IMG/VR virus record: IMGVR_UViG_3300027788_000006
Location: 1-64,000 of that record
Length of the DNA stretch: 64,000 nt
Reading direction: 5' to 3' (one strand)
DNA from: a virus
Each line of letters opens with the position of its first letter. The stretch's first letter is position 1. The notes under the pieces were generated by a model that was not told the origin of the DNA, searched no databases, and was given only the letters and a program-made list of their open reading frames with translations. Positions 30,801-39,776 of this stretch are shown here, one piece after another. A program made the translations under genes and the position numbers.

Positions 30801-33377
30801 TTCCGGCTCTGTTTGAGTCGAAGCTAAAACCTGCATAGCTTCAGAATCTCCACCTGCTTCTTTACACAGTCCTATAGCGGCATTCTTAGGGACCATTGGA
30901 ATTATAGCAGCCTGCCCTAATATAGTTCTATCCGAATGTTTTCTTTTAGCGTAGTAAATTCTAAACCCTTGTACTTTGTCTGCTATTGTATCTGGTATTT
31001 TAATATCTTTTAATGTAAATCCTAATCTACTAACTGTGTGTGAGATTTTAGCATCATTATAAACATCACCTGGAATATTTGCAGAATTAGCTGTAACATC
31101 TATTATAAAATAACCCAAACCACAACCTGAATCTACACATTTTGTTCCAGCATGATATACTCCTGGTCCGTATGTCCCATCTTTATAGCTCCTAACCGTT
31201 AACTGATCACCTGCTACTAGATTTGTTGTATAACCACTATTTGAATTATAATCAACTCTAACGTCCCAGTAATCATTGCCACAATCACCCCATCCCCCAA
31301 AAGTTGTTGTATCTCCTATGTGTCTAGTAGTAGCAGTTGCTGTAGTTTTCCAAACATGGGCCTTAGTTGTAGGATCATTAGACCCAGTCTTATGATAAGT
31401 GGTCTTATACTGAACAGTAACACTCATAGTTTGATCTGCTGTAAAAGTATTCGTTCCATTCCACAAAGCAGCCTCCATAGCAGGATCATTAGCCCCAGAA
31501 GGGTTATTAAATGTACACCTGAGTGCGGAGCCTACAGTAGGTGGGAGGTGAGTGGACTCGTGTTGGTAGTTATTCCTATTAAATCTAAGTTGTCCAGTCC
31601 AAGCTGTAATAGAAGTAAGACCTATACCTGCGCTTTTAGTAGTTAAACATCCGTGATCTTCCATGATACTTTTTCTACCATCATTCTCATTAGAAGGCAT
31701 ATGGTGATGCCTCACATTTTTTTGTTTTAAACTGCCTATTAGTCCAGTCTGATCCCAGATTTCAAAGTCAGATGTGTTCGGATAAAACTCTGTAGCATTT
31801 TGCCAATAATTCATCTTCATAGTACCAAGTCCAGCCCATGCTCCTCCAGTAAAACTATACTCAAAGAAATGAAAGTTTTTAGCATACCCTTCACTTAACT
31901 CTTTAAAATCAGATGCAGTACCAAACCCTGAAGGCTGTGCTAACTCTTTAAGGTTAATAGTAGTACCCCCTACATCAATAAGATCTCTTCCAGGTATATG
32001 ATAACCATATGACATACTACCATCATTCATAATAAAAGCAATATAAAAAGCATATACTTCACTACGCATGTACCCTTTATATTTATAAATATTAGGAACA
32101 TATCTGTAACTAGTTGTAGCATCTACAACTTGTTGTACATCTGCAAATTTATCTACCGGCTGTCCTTGAAACCCTGTAGTAAGATTATCTACTGTAGCAT
32201 AATAATCATCAAAATTCTCAATGTCATGCGCAACAGAGTTTAACTTAATATTATTAGCATATTTCTGATACCCAACATCTTTAGTACCAGTGGTATTACC
32301 TACATATAGTACTCCATCTAACTGTGAAATAGTCTTGGCAGTATCATACCCTACAGTATCTATAATAACTTTATCTAAATCTCCCGAAGCTGCTCCTTCT
32401 ACTCCGGAGTATACAACTTCTAAACCTGATTTAGATATGAACTCAATATCCTTAAGTTTAATAGCTTTTATCTCATCCCCCATCTTACGTATTACTGTAG
32501 GTCTTAGTCTCTCATAATCTGTATTTAAATTGGATAACTTCCATTTAATAGCTTTTGATGTTTGAGTACCATCTTTAGCCCCATCTTTTTTTGTTGTAGG
32601 TCTAGTATGATCATACTCTTCTACTATACTAACTGGATTAGAAACAGATAAATAATTTGTAGCTACTAAATCTGCATCTATATAAGCCACTGCTAAATAG
32701 TATACAGCAGTTCTTAACCCTCCTCCTTCTATAATAGATTTTTGATACCTACCTGAAAGAACATCATCCAGTTCTATTCTAGGTACCGGACCAGAATTAG
32801 GAAACAAATTTAAAAGATCTCCATGTCGTTTATGAGAAGTAGCTGGATTAATGTTATATAGTTTATTTCGAATAAATACATTAGGGACTTCCCTTATCTG
32901 TCTGTTTACATTAAAAGCTCTTGGGGGGTTTAAATCATCTGTCCAGTAAACTACTAAATCACCTTTAGAATCTACTTTAAACGTACCTTCTATTGGATGA
33001 CTAGTTCGAAAATTTAGTTTGTTATTGGTAGCAGTTGGCCAATATAAAAGCTCATACACACCTGTGGTTCCATCCCATATCGCTATATGGTCTATACCCG
33101 CACTAGTTTTAGTAGGATCAATTTCACACATAAATAAAACTACTTTATCGTCAGGAACTTCAACTGCACCTAGAACTTTATTATACTGTCCTGACGCTAC
33201 AGAAAAATATTTATCTATATGAGTCTGACCTTTAGCTATAGTTCCCCCTTCATTAGATAAGGACCCTTCTTTATCATTCATAAACATATCTAGCGCATGT
33301 CTCCACGAACCTTTCATCTGATCTATATGGCCAGAATCTTTGAATAGTCCTTTTAAAAATCTTTTTTCTTCTGCCAT
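27825..33377 (-). CDS. Tail stabilisation / muzzle protein (crAss-like; P22 gp10 equivalent)
   Basis: 1850 aa. N-terminal KGLFKD...SLSNEGG, YWTDDLNPPR, FRIYYAKR, FGGDTY, WTISY.P....WVS.HSY.P motifs; follows the tail tubular gene. Confidence 0.82.
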   Translation of the reverse strand: MAEEKRFLKGLFKDSGHIDQMKGSWRHALDMFMNDKEGSLSNEGGTIAKGQTHIDKYFSVASGQYNKVLGAVEVPDDKVVLFMCEIDPTKTSAGIDHIAIWDGTTGVYELLYWPTATNNKLNFRTSHPIEGTFKVDSKGDLVVYWTDDLNPPRAFNVNRQIREVPNVFIRNKLYNINPATSHKRHGDLLNLFPNSGPVPRIELDDVLSGRYQKSIIEGGGLRTAVYYLAVAYIDADLVATNYLSVSNPVSIVEEYDHTRPTTKKDGAKDGTQTSKAIKWKLSNLNTDYERLRPTVIRKMGDEIKAIKLKDIEFISKSGLEVVYSGVEGAASGDLDKVIIDTVGYDTAKTISQLDGVLYVGNTTGTKDVGYQKYANNIKLNSVAHDIENFDDYYATVDNLTTGFQGQPVDKFADVQQVVDATTSYRYVPNIYKYKGYMRSEVYAFYIAFIMNDGSMSYGYHIPGRDLIDVGGTTINLKELAQPSGFGTASDFKELSEGYAKNFHFFEYSFTGGAWAGLGTMKMNYWQNATEFYPNTSDFEIWDQTGLIGSLKQKNVRHHHMPSNENDGRKSIMEDHGCLTTKSAGIGLTSITAWTGQLRFNRNNYQHESTHLPPTVGSALRCTFNNPSGANDPAMEAALWNGTNTFTADQTMSVTVQYKTTYHKTGSNDPTTKAHVWKTTATATTRHIGDTTTFGGWGDCGNDYWDVRVDYNSNSGYTTNLVAGDQLTVRSYKDGTYGPGVYHAGTKCVDSGCGLGYFIIDVTANSANIPGDVYNDAKISHTVSRLGFTLKDIKIPDTIADKVQGFRIYYAKRKHSDRTILGQAAIIPMVPKNAAIGLCKEAGGDSEAMQVLASTQTEPESFYSVMPWAGSTWSFGEVYQQLKDNDGLLYTHTSTSNGVNHNYSMMAFSFHDFYLLRTKNSLAGATHISHQYQVKNLVWNGPSLDQDKRMNTKLVKDKNTNPEILMPREEWGWDAAKNCYAQKINSSIHIGMYYRTGYRAMTSGSSNATYRFPRLLGQKAKTYLKGDSIFNGKSLGFGGKLVNLFGESSIAFKLKDNHGIDPQGALNAAGYGNCLNTPMYTMGSFTPFCTAADASCGGYAPLTSCSGFPTTATAVNNWGVWGFNSSIAPPLLINASNNAGGGPVGTRSTYHIFNLEAFKTDVYKSIDSQELIWTGFEVLGDDLDNFIFTESTNQPLTNTHNGETADYRITTLQGSNWQNLPDIDTGIFGGDTYLCRYGVVTSLTQSDITSDSRPRKAIHYHIVESTDNINFRHIESDNSLYFPATPAKDLLRLAGQIDFTDQENIKYNKNYSEQNDIRVAFPLPLSETKQLDFPTRVHRSAKNDTSSLIDNYRVFLSNQFKDLPKNRGDLWKLASFNNLLYFHMEESLLKTQGKQTMEMKDGSEAYVGSGDIFKQEPSEIVLTDDGYGGCTSQWSVLTTRFGHFFVDVDSKKVFLMKDKLTELSDLGMKKWFRKNLHFQLEDYGWKSKDFDNPIDGFGLHSVWDPKHRRIILTKREYILTQSGQNLFANGLSNVVGADYITFNTTNKRFYYHDHQGGGMYLTTAIAWDNHNYFAVAGWTISYYPELNIWVSLHSYVPYIYFNTSTNFYSLTDQYPIVDGLLTAGSISALVGSELGNGTIWEHNSNRRGLIYQEDPASVSIHDTPLTSLEHFVADYKPFEIEYIHNELRNVTTLTSSIAYTLDVYNAAGIRVLEHGFTSYFLYNTLQISGLHTTPLEYLVNTRKIGNNWKINRFRDMAAIAIDTSAYYVSTNTNTIGTLNVGTITTSTTNPMFLYTGVIKYPNPVYIDLTKNWSTQKKFIDKWIGIRLIYDNVSNNLLNLYSTTVESRIMTR

Positions 33378-33378
33378 T

Positions 33379-34263
33379 TTAATATCTGCTTAAATTTTCT
33401 CTAGTGTTTAAATCTTCAAAAAATGAATCATGTCTGTTCATGTTAGGTATTAGTCTAACCCACTGATCCATGAAACTAGCCATCTTATCTATATCTGGAT
33501 AATTAGCTGCGTTCCTAGCTTGTGTGCAATAAAACTTCCACTGATCTTCTGCAAATTTATAATCTATACCATTCTTCTTTATATTAGGATTAAATAATAA
33601 AAGTTTTTTGTATATATACCAGAACATAGCTTCTTTAAAGCTGATCTCTGCTGGGACCATTGGGTAACAATCCGCATCAGTAGGAAATGCTGTATAACTT
33701 AAACATAGTTTTCCTGTTGGAAATGAGGTCTTAATAAAACCATTCTCTACTAAATAAGTATCTTTATATTTTGCTAACTCATTGACACATTCATCACAAT
33801 GCATACTAGCATGAAATGTACTTGCACTGTACTGTAAAGGCATCATGTGTACATCACTTTTAAAGTAAGAATTTTCCATTACTACTAACTGATTTGTTAG
33901 AAGCTGCAGTTCATGAGTTATCTGAGCATACTCTAACCCAGCTGCTTGAGCAGATGCTATCTGATCTTTTAATGCTGCTATACCAGCTATTATAGCATCA
34001 TATATATCTGAGTCTTTAGTAGCCATAGCAGTATTAACGGCCACTTGGTTTATATAATATAAATCATGAGGCAAATATACTTTATGATTAACTACATTAA
34101 GAACAGTTTGTTTATGTTCCAATTGAGTACTTGCACCTATGTGCTCTAAAGCTTCTCCTATCCACTCAATTGCATCATCAATCCAGTTATCGTCGTCTGG
34201 TTTAAGATCTCTAAATACTTTACGTATTATTTCTTTACTTGATATTGTATTATATATAGCCAT
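33379..34263 (-). CDS. Tail tubular / ring protein
   Basis: IEWIGEAL...LPHDL...LSY.AFP.D..CYPMVP pattern; canonical position between the IHF-like and muzzle genes. Confidence 0.75.
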   Translation of the reverse strand: MAIYNTISSKEIIRKVFRDLKPDDDNWIDDAIEWIGEALEHIGASTQLEHKQTVLNVVNHKVYLPHDLYYINQVAVNTAMATKDSDIYDAIIAGIAALKDQIASAQAAGLEYAQITHELQLLTNQLVVMENSYFKSDVHMMPLQYSASTFHASMHCDECVNELAKYKDTYLVENGFIKTSFPTGKLCLSYTAFPTDADCYPMVPAEISFKEAMFWYIYKKLLLFNPNIKKNGIDYKFAEDQWKFYCTQARNAANYPDIDKMASFMDQWVRLIPNMNRHDSFFEDLNTRENLSRY

Positions 34264-34736
34264 TATCTTTTCTTAAATTTTAAGTAAGCTAAATCATCTT
34301 CTTTTAAAAGTTTTATTAACTTATCTTTATTTCCTTTTATGCCTCTAGTAGCATCAAATCTATATACTGATTTATTCTTTACTTTACATTTACCTTTGTA
34401 CCAATAGAACTTACAATAAAAAGCATCTGTATGGTAAATATGCCACTTAGTTCCTTCTTCTGTTTTTGAATTATAAAGCTCTTTTCCTTCAGCTAATAAC
34501 TCGTCTTTATATTTATTACTCTCACCCCAATCAATTCTAGGAGAACGCGGATCTCTTTCTTTTCTTAAAATAGATAAAGAAGATAAATTTTGACCCATGT
34601 TAAACTCCTTCCCTTCAAGGATATAGTCCATAATCATCATATTGAATTCTGAACATATATCCCTGAATAGGAGTTTGTTTATTTCACCATGTTCTTCAAC
34701 ATAGCTTTTGTACACATCTCTAAGAGTATGAGACAT
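34263..34736 (-). CDS. IHF/HU-like protein (crAss-like conserved)
   Basis: ILEGKEFNM...L.I...IDWGES...YCKFYW.K...YRF pattern; position immediately upstream of the tail tube gene. Confidence 0.65.
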   Translation of the reverse strand: MSHTLRDVYKSYVEEHGEINKLLFRDICSEFNMMIMDYILEGKEFNMGQNLSSLSILRKERDPRSPRIDWGESNKYKDELLAEGKELYNSKTEEGTKWHIYHTDAFYCKFYWYKGKCKVKNKSVYRFDATRGIKGNKDKLIKLLKEDDLAYLKFKKR

Positions 34737-35755
34737 TAATATTTAGGACCTATTCCTGGATTATAATGTGCAGCATTTCCCTTCTTATTGCTTTTCTTCT
34801 TTTTCTTTGGAGTAGAAGCTTTAAGAGTACCTTTTTGTTTATCAGACTGTTCCTTAGTAGGAGCATTAGGACTCACTGGTATTACCTTCTTCTTCTTATT
34901 TATCTTATCTGCTGGATGTGGCGCGCCTCTTTGAATAGCATCTGGAACACCGTTGCCATCTTGATCATGTTTTGGATGTGGCCCCACATTCTTTTTCTTC
35001 TTATTAAGAATTTTTTCTAACTCACCCGGCTCCTTTTTAGTATTCTTCTTTGGAGTAGTCGTCTTCTTCGTAGTATTCTTAGCTTCGTCGTCTTTAGTCT
35101 TAGTATTATATTTCTTACCTTTATAAGTAAACACTTTCTTACCAGCTTTTCTATTTTCGTTAAAAGCTTGTCCAAAAGTTTGCTCTTTTTTAGTAGATTT
35201 TTTTACATCAGATTTTGTAACTGTTGATTTAGTTTCTGATTTTGCAGTATCACCTACAGCTTTATTAAGCTTTGAAACATTAGTTTTTACTTTTTCATTT
35301 CTATCAGACTTAGTTTTAGTTCTTTTAGCTACTCTGTCTGCTTTTTGCTTAGCTAGTAAAGTTTTCCTAGAGTCACGTCTTTCACCTCTTTCTTCCTTTC
35401 GGAATGCTCTTACTGTTTGACGTTTAGTTTTTCTATTCTCTCTTTTATCAGCTCTGCTCATAGAAACATCTTCACCAGCATCGTTTACTTTATCTTGACG
35501 TTTATTCTTCTCGCCTTTTTTATAAGCTTTTACTGCAGAATTAGTTTTCTTTCTATCAGCTCTTCTAGATTTTCTACCTTCTTTTCTTTCATCTCTAGCT
35601 TCTTTAGAGAAACGTCCGCCAAGTAGAAACTTATTTTCATCATCTGCCATATCATCAAGAGACGCAGTTGACGGAGGTAATAAAAAATCCTCCTCGAAAT
35701 TTGATAATCCTCTTGGATTATTAATTCCTCCATTTTGTTTTTTGTTTTTTTTCAT
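34736..35755 (-). CDS. Highly basic Lys/Arg-rich protein (putative DNA-binding internal virion protein)
   Basis: 339 aa with RK-rich repeats; FGQAF..NRK.GKKVFTYKGKKYNT module; DQDGNGVPD. Confidence 0.6.
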   Translation of the reverse strand: MKKNKKQNGGINNPRGLSNFEEDFLLPPSTASLDDMADDENKFLLGGRFSKEARDERKEGRKSRRADRKKTNSAVKAYKKGEKNKRQDKVNDAGEDVSMSRADKRENRKTKRQTVRAFRKEERGERRDSRKTLLAKQKADRVAKRTKTKSDRNEKVKTNVSKLNKAVGDTAKSETKSTVTKSDVKKSTKKEQTFGQAFNENRKAGKKVFTYKGKKYNTKTKDDEAKNTTKKTTTPKKNTKKEPGELEKILNKKKKNVGPHPKHDQDGNGVPDAIQRGAPHPADKINKKKKVIPVSPNAPTKEQSDKQKGTLKASTPKKKKKSNKKGNAAHYNPGIGPKY

Positions 35756-35776
35756 TATAATCTTAATTTAGTATAG

Positions 35777-36487
35777 TTAACCTTGTTGTTGTGGGGATCC
35801 ACTTCCCATTCCTGTTTCTGGATCTTGCATACGATCATTCACAGTATCGGATACTGTTCCTGATATAATCTTTAGTTCTCCACCAAGTATGCCCTGATTA
35901 ATTCTTTGTATCATATCCATAGGTATAGGAAAATCTGCTTTTGCATCACCTTCATAACAACCAGTACCAGCACAATCTCCAAACCTAGCTATGTCTCTAG
36001 GGTTTTCAAACACCCCTCTTATATTTACAGTCTCTAATCCTTGTGCATTATATATATATAAATGCTCATCAATCATAAAGGATTTAATATTATTTTTAGT
36101 ATACTTATCATACTGAAGCCACTTAACCATGTTAGAATTAACTAACGGAAATGTGTCTAATCCTGATACACTTCCTACATATGTAAGAGCTTCTGAGAAA
36201 TTAAACCTAACTGTTTTTGGTATAGGTAATACGGTTTTATATACTGGGCACTCTAACTCTATATTACAGCAGCGACTTCCATCTACTTTAGTTACTGCTA
36301 CGCACCCTAAATCTTGTTCTATATGTCTACTTGAAAATCCATTCTTTGCGTAATCTCGTCTAATAAACATTGCTCTGTAGTGCAATATATTAAACTTTAA
36401 TTGTTCTAATGATATGGACTCATCATGGTTGGATTTACCACCACGTACAAGGTTCAACAGGTTATATGCTATTTCGTTTAATGTCAT
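35777..36487 (-). CDS. Tail ring protein (crAss-like structural protein)
   Basis: MTLNEIAY...R...I...GVFENP...FPIP pattern; position in the tail cluster. Confidence 0.7.
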   Translation of the reverse strand: MTLNEIAYNLLNLVRGGKSNHDESISLEQLKFNILHYRAMFIRRDYAKNGFSSRHIEQDLGCVAVTKVDGSRCCNIELECPVYKTVLPIPKTVRFNFSEALTYVGSVSGLDTFPLVNSNMVKWLQYDKYTKNNIKSFMIDEHLYIYNAQGLETVNIRGVFENPRDIARFGDCAGTGCYEGDAKADFPIPMDMIQRINQGILGGELKIISGTVSDTVNDRMQDPETGMGSGSPQQQG

Positions 36488-37054
36488 TTAATATTTATAT
36501 AATGTTCTACTTAATCCTATGTTGTGTGTCTTGTCTATTAGTCCGTATCTATAGTAATAAGAGTTACCTTTTCTATTTGTCCAACCTACTATAGGTGAAA
36601 CATTGAACGTGTTACTACTTCCTCCTAACTCTCCTCCTGCCCAAAACCTTATATAAGGTCTTCTATCTATTAACTTTACAGTGTCTATAGTATGTATATA
36701 CTTAGGGAATTTAGCTGTATAATCAAATGTTTGTTCAACTAAAACTCCATCTACATAACTACTTATTACTCCTTTGATGAGTTCATCTTCCACTTCATTT
36801 TTAAATAACCCAAGAGTATCATTATCAATAAAAACAGTATCAATAGAAATATTGGTAGTGCTAAGATAAATAGTATCCAAAACATATATACTGTCAACAG
36901 TCCTAGTAAATACGGTATCAATACCTGTGCTGCTTTTAACGCTCGTCTCATTTTGTTTATCATTACACTCTTGTAAAAATATTATATAACAAATTAAAAC
37001 TATGATTGTCAATGTTTTAACTTGCAATTTCTTTAGTACATTTAATATAGCCAT
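36488..37054 (-). CDS. Putative spanin-like lysis protein
   Basis: N-terminal hydrophobic helix ending FLQEC (possible lipobox), DTV/DTI-rich linker, C-terminal amphipathic beta-strands; overlaps the endolysin gene. Confidence 0.5.
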   Translation of the reverse strand: MAILNVLKKLQVKTLTIIVLICYIIFLQECNDKQNETSVKSSTGIDTVFTRTVDSIYVLDTIYLSTTNISIDTVFIDNDTLGLFKNEVEDELIKGVISSYVDGVLVEQTFDYTAKFPKYIHTIDTVKLIDRRPYIRFWAGGELGGSSNTFNVSPIVGWTNRKGNSYYYRYGLIDKTHNIGLSRTLYKY

Positions 37055-37401
37055 GCTACACTTTGATCCTTGTCTTTATCTAAATCTACATGAATAAATG
37101 TTTTTCCTATTCCTATTCTTGTAAATCCTGCTGCTATAAAAGCTGCTATCATTATAAATCTTTCTCTAGACTTAGTGCAATGAACATCAGCTGCTAATCC
37201 ATACATATGTGAAGAAGTTGATACTCCCCCTACATTAGCATTATGTTCTATCGTTCTATAGCCACTATTAATTTTAAAAGGAATACCCGCTATATCTCTA
37301 GCCTCATCAAGGGCTATAAGAAATTCTTCAGACATAAATTTACCAGACTCTGGGGAGTCAGGACTATCAAATTCATCTAAGGTAAAGTATTCTAATTTCA
37401 T
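37042..37401 (-). CDS. Endolysin, peptidase M15 family (Zn D-Ala-D-Ala carboxypeptidase-like)
   Basis: INSGYR...HNANVGG..TSSHMYGLAADV...FIHVD motifs. Confidence 0.9.
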   Translation of the reverse strand: MKLEYFTLDEFDSPDSPESGKFMSEEFLIALDEARDIAGIPFKINSGYRTIEHNANVGGVSTSSHMYGLAADVHCTKSRERFIMIAAFIAAGFTRIGIGKTFIHVDLDKDKDQSVAWLY

Positions 37402-37405
37402 ATTA

Positions 37406-37603
37406 TTATCTTTTATTTTTTAACTTTATAAATTTATATACTGTAAAAGCTATTGCTAAACTGGTAGAAATAAATAAAAGAGCTTCATTGCATTGCCCTA
37501 AACTTAATCCTATCACACTGCCGTTGGCAATTAAAACTTCTGTTGTATCTTTCATATCACTATTCATTGTGTTTATTTTTAACTTCTTTTTATTAACTTT
37601 CAT
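37406..37603 (-). CDS. Putative holin
   Basis: 65 aa, hydrophobic helices, basic C-tail, directly upstream of the endolysin. Confidence 0.55.
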   Translation of the reverse strand: MKVNKKKLKINTMNSDMKDTTEVLIANGSVIGLSLGQCNEALLFISTSLAIAFTVYKFIKLKNKR

Positions 37604-38693
37604 TTGGTATTGTTGCAGCTGTAGGGCTTTCGTTAGCAGTTAACTGAAAACCCCCTACTAGAGTGGCATTATGAGTATTAGGTGTCACTTCTAAATCAGA
37701 CGCTCCATATACAGGGGGTGCGTATGTATTCTCTAAATCAGGATCTAGAACTTGATAACAAATATCTCTACAGCCCTCACAATTTACGAACAGTTCAGAA
37801 TCTGGTTCTATTATTATTACTGTACCATCAGGACCTCCTGCTGGATCAGTAATTGGATTTGGAGCTGGAACACTTGCTCTCCTACATTCATATGTATAAC
37901 CTGGAGTTCCATCTACCGCAGCAGTTATTGTTAATAAAGAAGAGCATGGTATCCAAAGTTTACAAGCTTCCGCAGCTTCTATAGGATAAATTCCTCCTAC
38001 TCCTGATATTGTAGGGTTTACAGAATAGTTAGATGTAGGTTGTAATGCATAGATATGTCGTACTTGATCTGAATTTAATCTGAAGTTCTTCCAAAGAGTT
38101 AAGTCAGCCATCCAACCATATAAGTCGAATGAAGTATCTGATAATAAAAATCCCCAAGTTAAATGAGAAGTTTCATTATTCATACCAGTATAAGAACCAC
38201 CACCAGAATCCTGTAGGATTTGTTTTACACCGTTTACATATATACTCATACCATTCTTTACATAAGAACCATCTGAATTGTCATCTGTTGAATCTCCATT
38301 ATAAGTAAGTACATAGTGTACCCATCGATTAGTATAAGTATGAGCACTAAGTGTGCTTACTCTTTTGTAATTACCATTAGTGTTAGTACATATATCAAAA
38401 TACATCTTACCACTAAGCATAAAAGCTCTATATTCATGAAAGCCCGACGCAGCACTCGCTTTACTTACAAACCCATAGTTCTGAGTTGATCCACTTGCTT
38501 TTACCCATCCAGCTATAGTAAAAGGTAGATCGAGGCCTGCACCAGCTCCTGTTGTCATTGAAAAATCATCCTCATCTCCACAATCTAAAAAATCATCAGA
38601 CCCATCTAATCTAATTGAAGCCTGAGTACGTGGTACGTAGTTACGATTCCAAGTTTGATTTTTAGTCATGTTTATAGAAGCTCCTATTTGCAT
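37593..38693 (-). CDS. LamG / concanavalin-A-like lectin-domain protein (putative fibre/receptor-binding)
   Basis: LDGSDDF...FTIAGWVK...WVHYVLTYNG...IYVNG...G.MADLTLW...L...V..IY. Confidence 0.8.
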   Translation of the reverse strand: MQIGASINMTKNQTWNRNYVPRTQASIRLDGSDDFLDCGDEDDFSMTTGAGAGLDLPFTIAGWVKASGSTQNYGFVSKASAASGFHEYRAFMLSGKMYFDICTNTNGNYKRVSTLSAHTYTNRWVHYVLTYNGDSTDDNSDGSYVKNGMSIYVNGVKQILQDSGGGSYTGMNNETSHLTWGFLLSDTSFDLYGWMADLTLWKNFRLNSDQVRHIYALQPTSNYSVNPTISGVGGIYPIEAAEACKLWIPCSSLLTITAAVDGTPGYTYECRRASVPAPNPITDPAGGPDGTVIIIEPDSELFVNCEGCRDICYQVLDPDLENTYAPPVYGASDLEVTPNTHNATLVGGFQLTANESPTAATIPNES

Positions 38694-39031
38694 TACGCTT
38701 GTACTGTTATAGTTACGTTAGGTTTTGCGTATGCAAGAATTACTCCTGATTGTAGTACTATACTTTCTATATTACTGTGTATAGTCATACCCGCTGGGAT
38801 AACCAAGGATCCTGTGATTGCTCTAAGAGCACCTGCAGAAGGATCTTTTTCCTTTATTCCTATAGAACAGTTAGTTGCATCTATTCTAGAGTCTTGTAAA
38901 GCCATCATACAGTAGAACGGACCTGTAAATAATTTATCCGCCTCGTCTATTAAAATTGTTTGTCCTGGATGAACTGTGTCATTAACTCCAGAACTTATAC
39001 TTCTTAGTAACACTTCATTATTTGTTGCCAT
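38693..39031 (-). CDS. Hypothetical virion protein
   Basis: 112 aa, beta-rich; TAATG coupling on both sides. Confidence 0.65.
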   Translation of the reverse strand: MATNNEVLLRSISSGVNDTVHPGQTILIDEADKLFTGPFYCMMALQDSRIDATNCSIGIKEKDPSAGALRAITGSLVIPAGMTIHSNIESIVLQSGVILAYAKPNVTITVQA

Positions 39032-39444
39032 TATTCTATTATTTTTTCTAAATTCATAATTTGCTGAGGAGTAATATCCTCTGGTAAAATATCTGCAGAT
39101 AAAGAGTAAAGTTCAACTTCTAAAACTTCTTTCATTTTAGCACTCATCAAATCTACTTGTTTCTTTCTTTCTGTTACTAATTCTGGATTCCCTTCTTCTA
39201 ATTTGTTTATTTGTTCTGCAGAATCTTCTTCATTCTTTTCAGCTATAGCTTGTACTTTACCAGCTAATTCCATAAACTCTTCTGAAGGTCTCCCTAATTT
39301 TTCTAAAGGATCTAAAGCTTCTTTTAGAATGTTTAAATTTTTACCTACAGGTAGACTAAAGTCTTTACCTGATAAATCTTTAACGGCGAATAGCCCATTA
39401 ATAAGATCTAGTAGTTCCCCATTTGTTGCCTTAATTTTTGTCAT
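39031..39444 (-). CDS. Hypothetical helical protein (possible fibre chaperone)
   Basis: 137 aa, acidic and helical, within the fibre cluster. Confidence 0.6.
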   Translation of the reverse strand: MTKIKATNGELLDLINGLFAVKDLSGKDFSLPVGKNLNILKEALDPLEKLGRPSEEFMELAGKVQAIAEKNEEDSAEQINKLEEGNPELVTERKKQVDLMSAKMKEVLEVELYSLSADILPEDITPQQIMNLEKIIE

Positions 39445-39460
39445 TTTCTATATATATTAG

Positions 39461-39760
39461 TTATTCTGTAAATACGTAACGATCACTTCCGTGGCCGCAA
39501 GCATCACAATGCTTGTTTGCAAAGTTAATAAAATTATCTATAAGATGAGACTTTTGACCACTTATATTTCCGTCACAGTCTGGAAGACAAGATAGTCCAT
39601 CTTTTGGAAGTAAATAACTTATAAATTTTAAAGTCCATAAATAGTCTGTAGAACAATTATCTAACGTACCAATTTTAATTTTCTGCAATACTTTATCTCC
39701 CTTCTCTGCGATACAGATAGTTAAGTTTTTTATTACGTTTGGGTGTACTTCGAATGACAT
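39461..39760 (-). CDS. Small Cys-rich structural protein (possible tail-hub component)
   Basis: 99 aa with CLPDC and CDAC; hub call by position only. Confidence 0.5.
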   Translation of the reverse strand: MSFEVHPNVIKNLTICIAEKGDKVLQKIKIGTLDNCSTDYLWTLKFISYLLPKDGLSCLPDCDGNISGQKSHLIDNFINFANKHCDACGHGSDRYVFTE

Positions 39761-39776
39761 ATTTTTTATTTTTAAG

